Below, one piece after another: positions 38,353-52,723 of a stretch of 64,000 nucleotides of DNA; positions within the stretch are counted from its first letter, which is position 1; the number at the start of each line of letters is the position of its first letter. The notes beneath the pieces are model-generated. The model was not told the DNA's origin, did no database searches, and saw nothing but the letters and a program-made list of their open reading frames with translations. The position numbers and the translations under genes are program-made. The DNA comes from Felis catus (Eukaryota): positions 126,668,001 to 126,732,000 of the forward strand of contig NC_058368.1 in NCBI RefSeq assembly GCF_018350175.1. The letters run 5' to 3'.

Positions 38353-39798
38353 TTTTTTTTTAAATTGAAGTATAGTTGACATGTAATATTACCTTAATTT
38401 CAGGTGTGCAACATAGTGATTCCATAATTACATACACTACAAAATACTCACCATGGTAAGTGTAGTTATTATCTGTCATCCTATAAAGTTACTACAATAA
38501 TACTGACTTAATTCCCTATGACTTTTTATTCCATCATTTATTTATTTTAAAACTGGAAGTTTGTACTTTTTAAGTCCCTTTCATGTATTTCACCTCTCCC
38601 CATCCTCCCAGCTCTTACAGCCATCAATTCTCTATATTTATTTGTCTGTTTCTGTTTTGTTGTTGCTTGTTTTATTTTTTATGCTCCACATATAAGTGAA
38701 ATCATATATATGTGATTTCACTGACTTATGTCCCTTAGCATAATATCCCCTAGGTCCAGCCAAACTGTGATAAATGGCAAGATTTCATTTTTTATGGCTG
38801 AGTAATATTTCATTGTATATATACTTTATTCATTTGTCAGTGGACACAGTTGCTTTCATATCTTAACTATTATAAATAATGCTTCAATAAACATGGGGTG
38901 CATATATCTTTTTAAATTAGTATTTTTGTTTTCTTTGGATAAATACCCAGAGGTGGAATTAGGTATCGCACACTACTTCTGTTTTTATTTTTTTGAGAAA
39001 CCTTATTACTGTTTCCATAGGGGCCCTACCAGTTTACATTCCCAACAACAGTAACCTAAGGTTGCCTTCTCTTCTTGTCCTAGCCAACACTTGTTATTTC
39101 TTGTCTTTCTGATACTAGCTATTCTGATAGCTGTGAGGTAATACCTCAGTGTGGTTTTGATTTGCATTTCCCTGGGGATTAGTGATGCACATCTTTTCAT
39201 GTGTCCGTTGGCCTTCCATATGTCTTCTTTGAAAAAAGGCCTCTAGATGTGTGTTAAATTAGATGAGTACCCCTCAGACTGATCCTTCGTGTTTAGCCAA
39301 TGAGCCTCTTTCATGTGAAGTTTGGGTGTGTCTCAATTGGCTATCTCTGCATTAGGCCCTGGGATGTAGGTCTGTGTGCAAGCCCTTTAAGAGCTTTTTC
39401 TCACTTTACTACAATGTTGTAGGTATCATGGATGCAAGCCCCATTCATTTTCAAAGCCAGATATTCTGGAGGGCTTGTCTCTCAGGCACAGGTCATAAAA
39501 TTTTGATACCGTATGTGGGGTTTAAATCGTGTGCCCCTCAATGAGAAGCTTTGGGTTTTGAGTTCCTTCCTCATGGTAGATTGCTAAGCCAGGAATTAAA
39601 TTTAGGGCAAGATTGTACCCCAGCTTCTCCTACCCACTTTGATGGGGCCATTTTCCTGTTCACCCAGTGGGTAGGAGTCGCTCAGCTACTTTTTAGATTT
39701 TTGTTCCAGAGGATTGTTCCATATGTAGCTGTAGATTCATTGTATCTGTGGGAGGTGGGTTCAGTATTCACCTGTGTTACCATTTTGACCCAGAACCT
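38353..39798 (-). mobile_element. L1 3' end (to ~39240) joined to an L1 5'UTR (~39245-39798)
   Basis: ORF2 C-terminus MKRCASLIPREMQIKTTLRYYLT; distal end gtagattc...accattttgacccagaacc resembles the L1 5' end at 14520-14587. Confidence 0.8.
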
Positions 39799-39880
39799 AA
39801 CTATACTTTATTTAAGTCTCAGGTTATTCTAACACATGGTCATGATTGAGACCAGTGATGTACAGGGAAAACCAACAAAC

Positions 39881-39883
<3 letters not shown>

Positions 39884-39929
<46 letters not shown>
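39884..39929. repeat. (AC)23 microsatellite
   Basis: Read directly from the sequence. Confidence 0.97.
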
Positions 39930-39931
<2 letters not shown>

Positions 39932-40324
39932 CAGATTACTCCAGAGCTAGCAGAAGGAAGTTGTGCCAAGTGATGCTTTTCATGGTTGGCAACCATGCTT
40001 CTCTGCCTCAGGAACCCAGTCCACAAAGTTGGCTTCCTACTGACCACCTCATGTGCCACCGTAGTCTGGCCTCCTCTGGCCCATAGTTATAATATTTTTA
40101 AGAAGGTTTTGTTGTTCAAAAGAGGAGTGTGAAGTTATAGAACAGTGCATAATTAGTGGGTCCATTGAGAATTTAGCAAAATCTGCTTGGGATTGCAGTT
40201 AAACTAAATGTGCTGTGGATTCTCATCCTAAACTGTAGTAGGGTCACATTAAGAATTTATTTCTTTGGGGAGGGGGGATAGGAGATAAATGCTTTGTTGG
40301 GTAAGTGGGAATTCATTACAGCAT

Positions 40325-40815
40325 TTTATTCACTCATTCAGTATTACTGAACACCACCTACTGGTCAAGCACTGAGACCAAACCGACAGTATGACCAAAC
40401 TCCAGCCTCCCAAGCAGATTCTAGTCTAGTGAGGGACACATAAACAAAGACTTTTAAAAGACAATATACATTGCCATAATATAGATGTTGACTCAGTGTT
40501 AGAAGAGCTTGTAAGGTAGATATTCCCTCTCTGAAGACTCTGGGAATGGTGGAATTGAGGAGATGATGTTTGAACCAAGCCTTAAAGTATAAATAGGATT
40601 GAGTAGGTCGACAAACAGATGATTGTCCTTCTAGGCAGAAGAAGCAGATCTGGAGAGATCTAAAGCTTGGAAAGCTAGCACATTATGAAGAGCCTTGTTT
40701 GTAGGGCTGAATAAGTGAGTTTTGTCGTATAAATTCTGAATAACTGTGCTATGTTTTAAACAATGTGGTGACAAGATCACATTTCACTTTAGACCAGTTA
40801 CTCTGGCAGTGTTCC
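40325..40815 (-). mobile_element. L2 3' region
   Basis: ttattcactcattcagtattactgaacacc...ctagtctagtgaggga...gagatgatgtttgaaccaagccttaaag...tttagaccagttactctggcag. Confidence 0.65.
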
Positions 40816-40977
40816 TAAAATTAAGATGTTTAAGATCAGCTGGGGTACAGAAAGAAAATGTTAACACTTACATTTATTTGTATATCAGTATTCACATATT
40901 TTTTAGTTGTTGCCCATCTTTTGTAATGTATTAGTCCAATAACACATCATAATTTAAAATATTTATTAGTACCAAAT

Positions 40978-43900
40978 CTTTATTTTGGTTTTTGTTTTTT
41001 ATTGAAATATATTTAACATATAACATTGTGTAAATATAAGGTGTAAAACATGTTAATTGCATATGTTTATATTACATTGTATTGTAATAGGAATGCCATT
41101 ATGATGATAATTAACACCTCTATCACCTTACATAATTAGTCTTTTTAATAGTTGGAATCATTAGGGGCACCTGGGTGGCTTAGTTGGTTAAACGTTGGAC
41201 TTTGGCTCAGGTGATGATCTCACAGTTCATGGTTTGAGCCCCATGTCAGGCTCTGTGCTGACAGCTCAGAGCCTGGATCCTGCTTCAGATTCTGTGTCTC
41301 CTTCTCTCTCTGTTCCTCCCCAACCTGGACTCTGTCTCTCAAAATAAATAAACATTAAACAAAATTTTAAAAAATACTTGGAATAATTACGTTCTAATCT
41401 CTTATCAAGTTTGAGGGTTACAGTACACTATGGTTACCTATATTTACTGTGCTGTGCATTAGATTTCTGGGGCTTATTTACTAACCATTGCAAGTTTGTA
41501 CCCTTCAACATCTTTCCTGTTACCCAATCCCCATCCCCCAGTAACTACCATCTTAATATGTTTTCACAAGTTTGGCTTTTTAGATTTCCACGTATAACTG
41601 ATATCATGCAGCACTTAAATTCATCTGACTTACCTCACCTAGCATAATATGTACAGTGACCATCCATGTTGTTGCAAATGGCAGGATATCCTTCTTTCTC
41701 ATGGCTGAATAATATCCATTGTGTGTGTATATACCACAACTTCCTTATCCATTCATCCATTGATGGACACTTTGTTTCTGTATCTCGCAGTTGTGAATGC
41801 TACAATAAACATGGAGTGCATATATTTCTTAAAATTCTGTTTTCATTTCCATTGGGCATATACCCAGAAGTAGAATTGCTGGATCATATGATACATCTAT
41901 TATTTTTGAGGAAACTTCATGTTTTTCATAGTGGTAGGAGTCATTTACATTCTCACTAACACTGTGTGAGGGCTCCCTTTTTTTCCACATCTGTGCTAGC
42001 CCTTGTTATCTCATCTTCTTGATTATAATCTATATAACAGGTGTTGAGCATCTTTTCATAATACTGTTTGGCCATTTGAATGACTTCTTTGGATAAATGT
42101 CCATTTAATTTTCTGCCCATTTATTAATCAGATTTTTTATTGTGAGTTATTTGAGTTATGTATTTTAGATGTTCCTTCCTTATCTGACAGATGGTTTGCA
42201 AAATAATTCTTTCTATAGGTTGTCTTCTCATTTTGTAAATGGTTTCTTTTGTTATGCAAAAGCTTTTAAGTTCAATGTAGTACCATTTGTCGAATCTTGA
42301 TTTTGTTGGTTGTACTTTGGGTGTCATATCCCCAAAAAAATCATTGCCTAGCCTAAGTTCCAGGCATTTCTTCCCCATGTTTCTTCAAGGAGTTTTTTAG
42401 TAGCAGGTATAATGTTTAAACTTTTAATCCTTTTTGAGTTAATTTTTATGAGTAGTCTAAAGATAGGGGTCCAAATCTGTTGAAGAGATTATTCCTTCTC
42501 AACCGAGTGTTCTTGGCTACCTCATTGAATATTCATTGACCATGTAAGCAGGGTTTTATTCCAGGATCTCTATTCTGTAGTGCTAGTGTATGTGTCTACT
42601 TTTGTGTCAGTGCAATACTGTTTTTTATTACTATAGCTTTGTAGTATAGTTTGAAATCTGGACCTGTGGTAACTCCAAGCTTTGTTCTTTTTCCTGAGGA
42701 TTGCGATAGCTATTCAGGGTCTTTTGTAGTTTCAGACAAATTTTAGATTTTTTTCTGTGAAAAAATGTCTTTGTTATTTTGATGGGAATTGCACTGAATC
42801 TATAGATAGCTTTGGATGCAATGGCCATTTTAAGAATATAAATTCTTTCAATCTATGAACATAGGATGTCTTTCCATTTGTTTGTACCTGCTTTGATTTC
42901 TTTTAGCACCTTCTTGTAGTTTTCATTCTACAGATCTTTCACTTTCTTGGTAAAGTTTCTTCTTCAGCATTTTGTTTCTGACACTATTGTGAATAGGATG
43001 ATTTTATGTATTTCTTTTTCAGATGCTTCCTCATTAGTGTATAAAAAGGCAGTTGATACTGCATGTTGATTTTGTAACCTCCAACTTTACTGAAATTACT
43101 GTTTTCCAATAGTTTTTTGGGTGAGTCTCTGACACATTTTGAAAAACAGAATCCTATCATCTGCAAATGACATCAGTTTTATTTCCTTCCTTCCTGATGT
43201 GGATGCCTTATAAATTTGTCTTGGCTAATTGCTCTAGGTAGAACTTCGAGAACTACAGTAAATAAGAATGCTGAGAGTGGGCATTGTTGTCTTGTTTCTG
43301 CTCTTAGGGGAAAATTTTTCAATTTTCCTCCACTGAGTAAAATGTTAGCTGCAGATTTGTCATATATGGCCTTTATTATGTTGAGTTATGTTCCTTATAT
43401 ACCAGATTTGCAAAGTTTTGTTTTTTTAATGAAAGAATGTTATATTGTGTCTGATGTTTTTTATGCATCTTTTGAGATGGTCACATGACTTTTCTTTCCT
43501 CTTATGATTGTTATGTATTACATTTGTTAGTTTGCATATGTTGAACCATCTTGCTTCCCAAGGATAAATCCCACTTGGCCATGATTTATAATATTTTTAA
43601 TATGTTCTTTGATTCAGTTTGCTATTATTTTAATATTTATATTCATCAGGTATATCAATTACTTATTCAATATCCTTACTAACATTATTGGTCTAGATTT
43701 TTTATTCCTGATTTAGTCTAAGTTTTGTGTTTCTAGAAATTGATCACTTTCTTCTGGGTTGTGTAATTTGTTGTCATATAGTTGTTCTTTATAATAGTCT
43801 CTTGAAATCTTTTGTATTTCTAGTATCAGTTGTAATATCTCATTTTTTATTTCTCACAGTTTGGCTCTTCTTTTTTTCTTAGTCTAGCTAATGGATTGTG

Positions 43901-44230
43901 ATTTGTTTATCTTTTCAAAGAATCCTAGCTGGACTTACACAAATTCTTTACCTCGAATGAGTATCTGTCCTGTTTGGCACTCTCCATTTCCATCCCTTCC
44001 CCCCATTGTGGCAAGTGGGTATAGAACAAATTCACCAATTGCTGTGGATTCTCAGCCCCCTTCAAGGTCCCATCCTAATACTTTCTGTTGCATGGGTGGG
44101 TAGAAATCTCCCAGGTGTCCTGATGTAATGTGCAGAGGTACTTTTATTGATGAATGTCTAATTTGTAGTAAATAAAAAGGGAGAGAAAAAAATGATTCAG
44201 AATGCTGATGTCATGATGCTGACACTACTC
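40978..44230 (-). mobile_element. L1 with 3'UTR and partial ORF2 joined at ~43930 to a 5'UTR segment
   Basis: ORF2 fragments (KAIYRFSAIPIKI; KKLLE..NFSKVGGYKINMQ); 44070-44195 resembles 57970-58110, the 5' end of the 50.7-58.1 kb L1. Confidence 0.85.
41164..41375 (+). mobile_element. CanSINE nested in L1
   Basis: ggggcacctgggtggcttag...; TSD ttggaatcatta / ttggaataatta. Confidence 0.93.
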
Positions 44231-44846
44231 CATCTGAACATCTTTTTTCTGAACTGGAAGAAATATATTATTGAAAATGCTTAGAGACCACTGGTTAGAA
44301 GATGAATTGTTGAAGGAAGACAGGAAGCACATCCATGGGTATACCCTGGCCCCATAAGTCAAAATCTCTGGAGTACAAACATGAATGTTGTAGCTCCTCA
44401 AGGTGATTCTAATATACAGCAGAGAACCTCTGATTTAGACCCTACCTATATGTCACCTGACTGTATTGATTGAGAAGGACAGGCCTAAATTGAGCAGTGG
44501 AAGTGAGGATAAAAATGAAAACAGAGCTTTTTAAATGTATAGGCAATAGAAAAAATAAGACTTGGTGGATGTTTGGATTTCGGAAGTTGAGGGTATAGAA
44601 GGGTAAAAAATGATCTCAGGCGGCTGGCTTGAATAACTCTCATGCAGAGAAAACCTGAGAGTAAAATCAACATATTCATATGCAGAAGGGAAGCAACCTA
44701 GAAAGAGGCAGAGAGAATGGAGAGTCAGGTGAATGGAGATATCATAGGATATCCAGTCAGGTGGAGAATCATAGGGTGAATGGGTCAGGATCTACTGTGT
44801 AAGCACAAAGAATTAGTCTTTCACTAGAATCCTGAAATTCATACTT

Positions 44847-45071
44847 ACTTACTTTATTTATTTATTACTTTTTAACTTTTTTTTTTTTTTGGAGAGGGAG
44901 AAGCAGAGCACAAGTGGAGGAGGGGCGCAGAAAGAGAGAAAAAATCTACAGCCGGTTCCAGGCTCTGAGCTGTCAGCACAGAGCCTGACACAGGGCTCGA
45001 ACACAGGAACCACAAGATCATGACCTGAGCTGAAGTCAGACGCTTAACTGACTGATACACCCAGGCGCCCC
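44847..45071 (-). mobile_element. CanSINE with TSD
   Basis: ...ctgatacacccaggcgcccc; tgaaattcatactt / tgaaatccatactt. Confidence 0.93.
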
Positions 45072-48000
45072 TGAAATCCATACTTTCAAAGATGACAGGA
45101 AATTACTGCTCAAATGCTATTTGCATTTGCTACTTGCCACCCTTTACTATGAAATTAAATGGGGAGGGGGGTTAAAAGTTGTTTCCATTAAATGCATTTT
45201 TGTATAACATAAGAATCTGATGTGAAAAAAAAAAAAAAAAGCATAGCCTAAGAACTGGCCAGTGTAGCTATGTCTGCATTGTTCATTATAGCTAATTTCA
45301 ATTCCTGGGCTTCATCCTGACCTAAGAGTATCTACTTAGTTTGCTAAGGACTACTTAATTAGCTGGGGCACCAAAGCCAGAAAAGCATGAGCAGTTCTGG
45401 CAGTCGACACCCCCACCTTGGCCATTTAAACTTAAAGCTTTCTTCTTGGGTTCAGACCTGCTATGTTCCCTCCAGCCATCCCACTTTAATAAGTAATGAT
45501 GCTTTTTTCCTTCAATTTTTTAATCTTTAACCTTTGTCTCTATGAAAATAAGAATGTAATAAAGCCAGGCCGAGGGAGACAAACTTTAATAAGGAGAGAC
45601 ATGCCCTGAAGTCTGTTTTTCAAAACTCAGAACACCTGTTTAAAAATGTATTGATTCTTCTCTTCAGCTTTTCAAGATTTATTTAAATCTTAAGTGTAGT
45701 GTTTATGAAATAGTGGGCATTGCCAACTTTTAGGTGCAGTAGGGAGCCCCAACAATGCTATTTAAAGGCTCTAAGTACCTGTCTTCACACAGCTCTCTGC
45801 AGAGAAGCAGGGCCACCCAAACGTTATTTCCACTAGCTCACATTCTTTTTAGCTAAATGTTCCCACGAGGTAGAAAATAAGCCAACAGGGTACATTTTAA
45901 TAAGTTTGGGTTGATTTAGTTATGATCCTACTTTTGGGGTGGTTCAGAAGGGACCCTTACTTCCCCTGGTCCTTGTCTCATTTGAGCTCCCCAATTCCAA
46001 GTAACTTTTGACCTGCCATTATTTCATAACCTATGGATATCCACTCTCTTGGCTGGTGGCTCAAATGCACTACCCAGCAAGTGTCCATATCTTATAAATG
46101 AAGTTGCCATGTATCCCAGTTTGCGTGGGATAGACTCAACTTATGCTCATTTCCCAGTGTATTAATAACACCCTCTTCAGTCTCAAAAATGACTCGGTTT
46201 GGATGATGAATTTGATGGTCATCCAATCCATGAAATGCCACCCAGGAAGCACCTTTGAGTAAAACACTCGTGTTTCTCATAGATCTCCAGGTTGTGCATG
46301 CTTTTTCTCTTCTGGACCTCCTCTCTACTTTACCTTCTCAAATCCCCCAGTTAATGAATCCTTAAGAGTTGGCAAATCCATGTTTTACTCATTGCTGTCT
46401 TAGTCAACCCCATTAACCTAGGCGATCTTTCTTCGACTCCTTACTCGCCCAGATCTCCGCCGTTTATTTGATCTTTAAGATAACCCAATTCCCCTAAGTC
46501 CAGCTCCTTCAAGGGCTGCCAAAATGCTAAATATGTTCTTGATTAACAGTCTCCAAACTCCCATCGCTTTCTACCATTTGCAGATCAAAAGTTCTCCTCT
46601 GGCTAGTCTCGAATTTGCATGTTTCCTGCCCCATCTAACAAAATTTTCCATTTCTCATTTGTCTTACCTGAATTTGGCTCAGAATCAGACCCCTGCTTCT
46701 TTTCTTAGAATCTTTCAAGCTGTGCTCTTTTCCCATTCACATGAACTTACAAACCCATTTTGTGAAATATTTAAAAACAAGCACAGTTCCATATAACAGA
46801 TCTGTGCAAACTACTGGCTTTGCTTTTTATTTGGTTTTTGAAAACAAAAATTGCTATTACACATGTTATTTAACAATAAAATTAAACTTAGGTAAAAGAA
46901 ATACAAAGTGCAGCATCTGGATAGAATTTAATCTAAGTTTTGAGAGTTAAAAGAGCTCAAATTAAGGAGGATTGTTCATGCTGAATTGTGAAATACATGC
47001 TTAGTGGAAGCAGTTGGCAGAAGGTCAGGTCTGTTCATCAGCTTTGCACACTTGCCAATGTTATTTCCTTTCTCTCAGGGCAAAATTATCAGAGCTGGGA
47101 ATAATAGGAGAACAAATCACTTTAACCAAATTCACAAGGGACTGATTTCTAATTAAAAATGTCTTTTATTATTTGTACTGAGAAATGTAAATGTCATGTA
47201 GTTGATAATATTCCTGTCAGATAATCATTGCATCCTTTTTCCAGTAGTAAAAATACCCTTAGGAAAGGCATTCAATTTCATAAGGCTTCTCAGTGGCCCT
47301 AGATCAAAGAAAAGGGAATCTAGTAATGTTCACTCATTTATTCCTTATTCTAATGATTGCTTATTACGAGCCAGGCCTATGACACTAAGAGAATACCAGT
47401 GAGTGAGGAAAATTCTTCCTTAACCCAGTGGAGATGAGTGGGCAGACAAACCTGAATACCCACACTGCTCGATACCCGTATTCTCCCATCTCTTTTGATC
47501 ACTTTGGACAATAAGTGCTCTCCATCCTTGACTGTACTCTTTCCTGAGTCCATCCATACCAATTCCATTCTCTTTTGATGGGTGCACCTTGGAAATTTTA
47601 TCATTCATTAGACCACAGCTAAGAGAGAGATCCAGCCCTTCATGTTAGAAATCTGGGAGACACCCTAGTCCCTTAAAGAATTTTTGGAAATGCCATGTTC
47701 TCACCAGAAAGTCACTTGGAATGGATTATTTGTGTGGATGATTAATCTTCGGCTTTTTGTGGTTCTTACTTAGCAACTTGTCGTCAGTCGGTGACTTTTT
47801 CCTGTCTCCATCTCAGGTTCTGAGCATACACTCTCTTTGGTGCTTGTCGGGACATCTTCCCCATCCATGTGCAGAATAAACCATGATAGTTTATCTGTGA
47901 AAGTCATCATAATAGATGTCTTCCACAATAAGTCTAGATACAATACCTTTATACTCTCTCTTTTGCCTTTAGTTTTAATTAACTGGCATTAACCCAGATT

Positions 48001-48439
48001 GGCTTTATTTGACAAAGAAATGGCCATTCTAAGAAAGTACTTTAAAGATTAAGAATTCATCATCTCATCCTTTGCCTTGAGGACTCAATGAACAAACCAG
48101 CTGCTGAAGAGATGGTTCCTTTTCCAGATAGGAGATTTAATAAAGGATGACTTAATTATGCCTTTCAGAACCTATCACTATGTGAAAGAAAGTAATTTGT
48201 ATAAAACTTCACATGCTTTTTGTATCTACTCTGGCCAGGACAACTGGTCTGCATTACCATACAAAAGAGCTATATTTTGACTTTGAGAACAATTTCTTGG
48301 AGAATTGGGAAACATTAAAACATATTACTCAGAGAGGATAAGAATTCCAAAGAACATTTTTATGAAGTTTCCAGCTATCATTCTATAATGTTGAGTGGAG
48401 CACTGCCAGAATATATGAAGATGAACATTAGACTTGTGC

Positions 48440-48640
48440 AGAGGTTAATAATGCAGGCTTTAGAGTCAGGCTTCAATTCTTTTTTTTTTTTTTACCAAAA
48501 TAAGACGAAATCATTTTTCTTAGCTGTGAAATGGGCATTGTATAAGTACTTCATGGGGCTTGTCCCAAGATTAGAAAAAAAAGGGAAAATGCGTAGTACA
48601 GTCTCTGCACATAGTATGTGCTCCGTAAGTTATATTTAAG
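48440..48640 (+). mobile_element. MIR fragment
   Basis: gaggttaataatgcaggctttagagtcagg...ctgtgaaatggg...gcacatagtatgtgctccgtaagt. Confidence 0.6.
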
Positions 48641-49444
48641 ATTTAAAACCTTGGATAACACAATGAGCTCTCATTAGTTTGGGTCCTGCTAATTGAAAAT
48701 TTATTATATTATTTACTCTCTTTCATATGCATCCTTCACGATGAAAATAACCTACTAACTGACAATACATATAAATGTTATTGTAAACTGAAATCCTGTA
48801 CATAGGAAGTTAATGACCTTTTTGCTGAAAACTTGTAAAATTGTCTCCTTGATCAGTGAAAGCCTTTTAAAATGTTATGTTAGAAAGGGAATATTAAACT
48901 GATTTAAGGGAACAAACTTTTTAAACACCTAGCACCTATTTGTTTATAAACAAACTGCCAATCATAAATGATCCTTATCTCTTCACTAAAACCTTCACTT
49001 CTCAACCTGTTGTTAGTTGAGGTGTAACAGCCCTGCATTTCTTCAAATACTTCAGATATATGTCTTTGCTTCCGGTTGAGTAGAGGTGGTTTAATTTGAT
49101 TTATGGCATAATTTTTCTACAGGGCTGAAACAAAATGATAGTACTTCGAAGTCTGTGCTTGGTAACCACTTCCCTCCACCCCCCAGCAATAATTAGGCTG
49201 ACAAAATTGATCCCAGGTTTGGTCAGTTCCTAACTATAAACAAAGGAAAAACTGATTCTCTTTCATTTTTCCATTCCCATTCCACCCCTTCTCCGAACCA
49301 ATTAACAGCAATCAATCCTTTAATTAGCCAACATCTGCTGGACACCTGCTCATGTCTGGCACTGTGTTAAATACTGTGTGGGATACAGAGCAGACCTAAT
49401 GGGAGGCACAACTAATTGGGGAACAAAATGCCCCTAGTATGAGG

Positions 49445-49600
49445 TTGGGGGAGCCAGAGAATGGGAGATGACTACTTAATGGATACAGTTTCTTTTTGAG
49501 GTGAATGTTCTGGATTTATTGGTGCTAGTTGCACAACACTAAATGGTACATTTTAAAATGGTTACAAAGGTCAATGGTATGTTAGACAAATTTTATATCT
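49445..49600 (+). mobile_element. L1MB-like 3' fragment
   Basis: gaatgggagatgactacttaatggatacagtttcttttt...atgttctgga...gttgcacaacact...tacattttaaaatggtt. Confidence 0.65.
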
Positions 49601-49884
49601 CATAGAAAACAGCATCTAATAAGCTTCAAATACCTGGTAGAAAAAGAATTTGTAGGAAGCAATGATTGTCTAGTGCAGGCTAAAGTAATCAAGCAAGATA
49701 GATGAGTGGGAACCCAGCCAGGTCTTGAAGTTTGTAAACTCAAATACCTGTAAGGGAGATGCATATGATGTAAATGATTAAATGAATAAGTGCCAAGTGT
49801 GAGATTCAAAGACAATTTATTTCACCAAAGTAAAGGATTGTACTCTTCCCCTTGAAACAAGAAGACCTTCTCTGTGTAGCTTCC

Positions 49885-50500
49885 ATTTTCTCACTGTGAA
49901 GGTAAACTGGCGTAGCCACTGTTTCCACAGTATGGCGATTCTTAAAAAAAAATTAGAAATACTCGATGATACAATAATTTCACTCTGAGTATTTACCCAA
50001 AGGAAAAGGGTTGGAAAAGATCTCTGCACCCTATGTTCATTGCAGCATTATGTACAATAGTTGAGATCTTGAAGCAGCCCAAGTGTCTATTGGTAAGTGA
50101 ATGAATAAAAAATATGTATGTATATGTGTGTGGAATATATGTATATATGTATATATAGATACATACATACACACAATAGAATATTACTCAGCCATCAAAA
50201 AGAATTAGATCTTGCCACTTGCAACAATGTGGATGGACCTAGAGGGTCTCTCTAAAGGATTGTGAAAAGGGGAGCAGGTTGGGGAGATGAGCAAAGTGGG
50301 TGCAGGGCAGGACTAATAAGTCATGGGAATAAAAGGTACAGCATAGGGAATATAGTCAATGGGGTTGTGACAGTGTTGTATGGTGACAGATGGTAGCTAC
50401 ATCTGTGGTAAGCATAACTTAGAGTGCTTGAATCACTACGTTATATACCTGAAAGTAATGTAACAGTGTGTGTTTGAGTATACTCAAATTTTTAAAAAAG
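49885..50500 (+). mobile_element. 5'-truncated L1 3' end in sense orientation
   Basis: ctatgttcattgcagcatta...gaatattactcagccatcaaaaagaa...cttgccacttgcaacaatgtggatggacctagaggg...tacagcatagggaatatagtc. Confidence 0.85.
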
Positions 50501-52723
50501 AATGACTGAAACATGGATTTCATGTCAAAGAGACAGAAGTGACAGAGAAGGTACAGCTGGAGAGAGAATGTATGTCTGAAGTGGGCTGGTTACAGATACA
50601 CAAGATATGCTGCCACCAAGTCAGTGAAAATTCCAGTTATTTTTTAATCTTTTCACTAGTTTTTTTTCCACTAGTTTTTTTAATTGAATAAATTTGACAT
50701 GTAATATTGTGTAAATTCAAGGAGTTTAATACGTTACTTTGATACATTTATATATTGTAATGTGACTGCCATTATAGCAATATTTATCCCATTATATAAT
50801 TATACTACAGTATTATTTTGTATATTCATAACACTATGCATTAGATCTCTCTGGCTTATTTACTCCCCATAAATTTGTACTCTTAAGTGCCATAGATTTT
50901 GTGCCCCTCACCCCTGAATTCCCTGGTAAATACAATTTCACTTTTTTTGAGGTTTGATATTTTTAGATTACACATATAAGTGATATCATATAGAACTTGT
51001 CTTTCTCAGATTTATCTCACTTAGCATAATGTCCTCAAGGACCATCTATGTTTTGCAAATGGCTTTTTTAAAGCTAAATAGTGTTCCATTGTATATATAC
51101 CACATCTTTATATCCATTTATCTATTCATCTATTGGTCCTTTGATTGTTTACATATTTTGACTATTGTTAATAATACCATAATAAACACTGGAGTGCATA
51201 TATGTAGTCAAAATCTTGTTTTCCTTTCCTTTAGGAATATACCCAGAAGTGAAAGTGCTGGATCATATGGTAGATGTATTTTTAATCATTTGAGGAACTT
51301 CCATGATGTTTTCCATACTGGTTGGACCGCTTTCCATTTCCATCAACATTGTATAAGGGTTCTCTTGTCACCACCTTCTCCCCAGCACCTGTTGTCTCTT
51401 GTCTTCTTGATGTTAACCATTTATAACAGGTGTGAAATAGTATCTCATTGTGGTTTTGGCATTTCTTTGATTAGTAATGAGCATCTTTTCCTATACCTTT
51501 TGGCCATTTTGCTGTCCTCTTTGGAAAAATAGCTAATTCTTGCCATTTTTCAATCAGATTGTCTTTTTGTTATTAAGCTTTATGAGTTCCTTATATATTA
51601 TGGATATTTACCCTTTATTTGTTTTATGTTTTATTAAACTGTTCTCCCATTCTGTAGGTTGTCTTTTCATTTTGTTAACTGTTTCTTTTGCTGTGGAAAA
51701 GCATCTCAGTTTGAGATAGTCTCATTTGTTGATTTTTGCTTTTGTGCCTCTGGCATCATATGAAAGAAAATCATTGCCAAGACCCATATTGATGAACTTC
51801 TTTCCTACATATTCTTCTCTGGTTGTATGGCATCCAGTCTTATGTTTAAGTCCTTGATCCACTTTGACTTAATTTTACTGAGTGCTTTGAGATAGGAGTC
51901 CATTTTCATTGTTCTACATGTGTCTCTCAATTTTATCCAGCATCATTTGTTGAATAAACTGTCCTCTCCCCACTGAGTGTTTTTGCCTCCTTTGTCAAAT
52001 ATTAGCTGACTATATGTGCTGGTATTGAATTCTTAGGCTCTCTCTTCTTTTCTCTTGGTCTATGTGCCTATTTTTGTGCCCATTACATACAACTTTTGTT
52101 ACTGTCTTTGTAGTCCAGTTCAGAATCTGGAAGCATGATCCCCCCAGCTTTGTTCTTTTTTGTCAGGATTGATTTGACTATTTGGGGTCCTTTGTTATTC
52201 CACACAAGTTTTAGGATAGTTTTTTTCAATTTATTTGAAAGATACATTATTTTGATGGAGATTGCATTGAATTTGTAGATGGCTTTGAGCACTGTGCCAT
52301 TTTAACACTATTCATTCTTCTGAACCATGAACACAAGATGTCTTTCCATTTCTGTCTCCAGTTTCTTTTAGCAAACTTGTTGTTTGTAATGTATAGATCT
52401 TTGACTTCCTTGCTTAAATTATTCCTAAGTAGTTTACCGTTTTTGGTGCTATTGTGAATGGGATAGCTTTCTTTATTTCTTTTTCAGATAGTTTATCATT
52501 AGTGTAAAGAAATGCAATGGATTTCTTTATGTTCATTTTATAACATGCCACATTACTAAAATTGTTGATGAATTTCTATTTTTATGGATTCTAGGATTTT
52601 CAGTGTACAAGATAATGTCATCAGGAAACAGCCACACTTTTATGTCTTCTTTTCCAATTTGGATGCTTTTTACTTCTTTGTCTTGACTTTAGTAGTTGAT
52701 CTTACAAGAACTTACAGAACTGT

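Noticed and set aside
51029..51532. 167-aa ORF
   Set aside because: Antisense reading of the L1 ORF2 end and 3'UTR.
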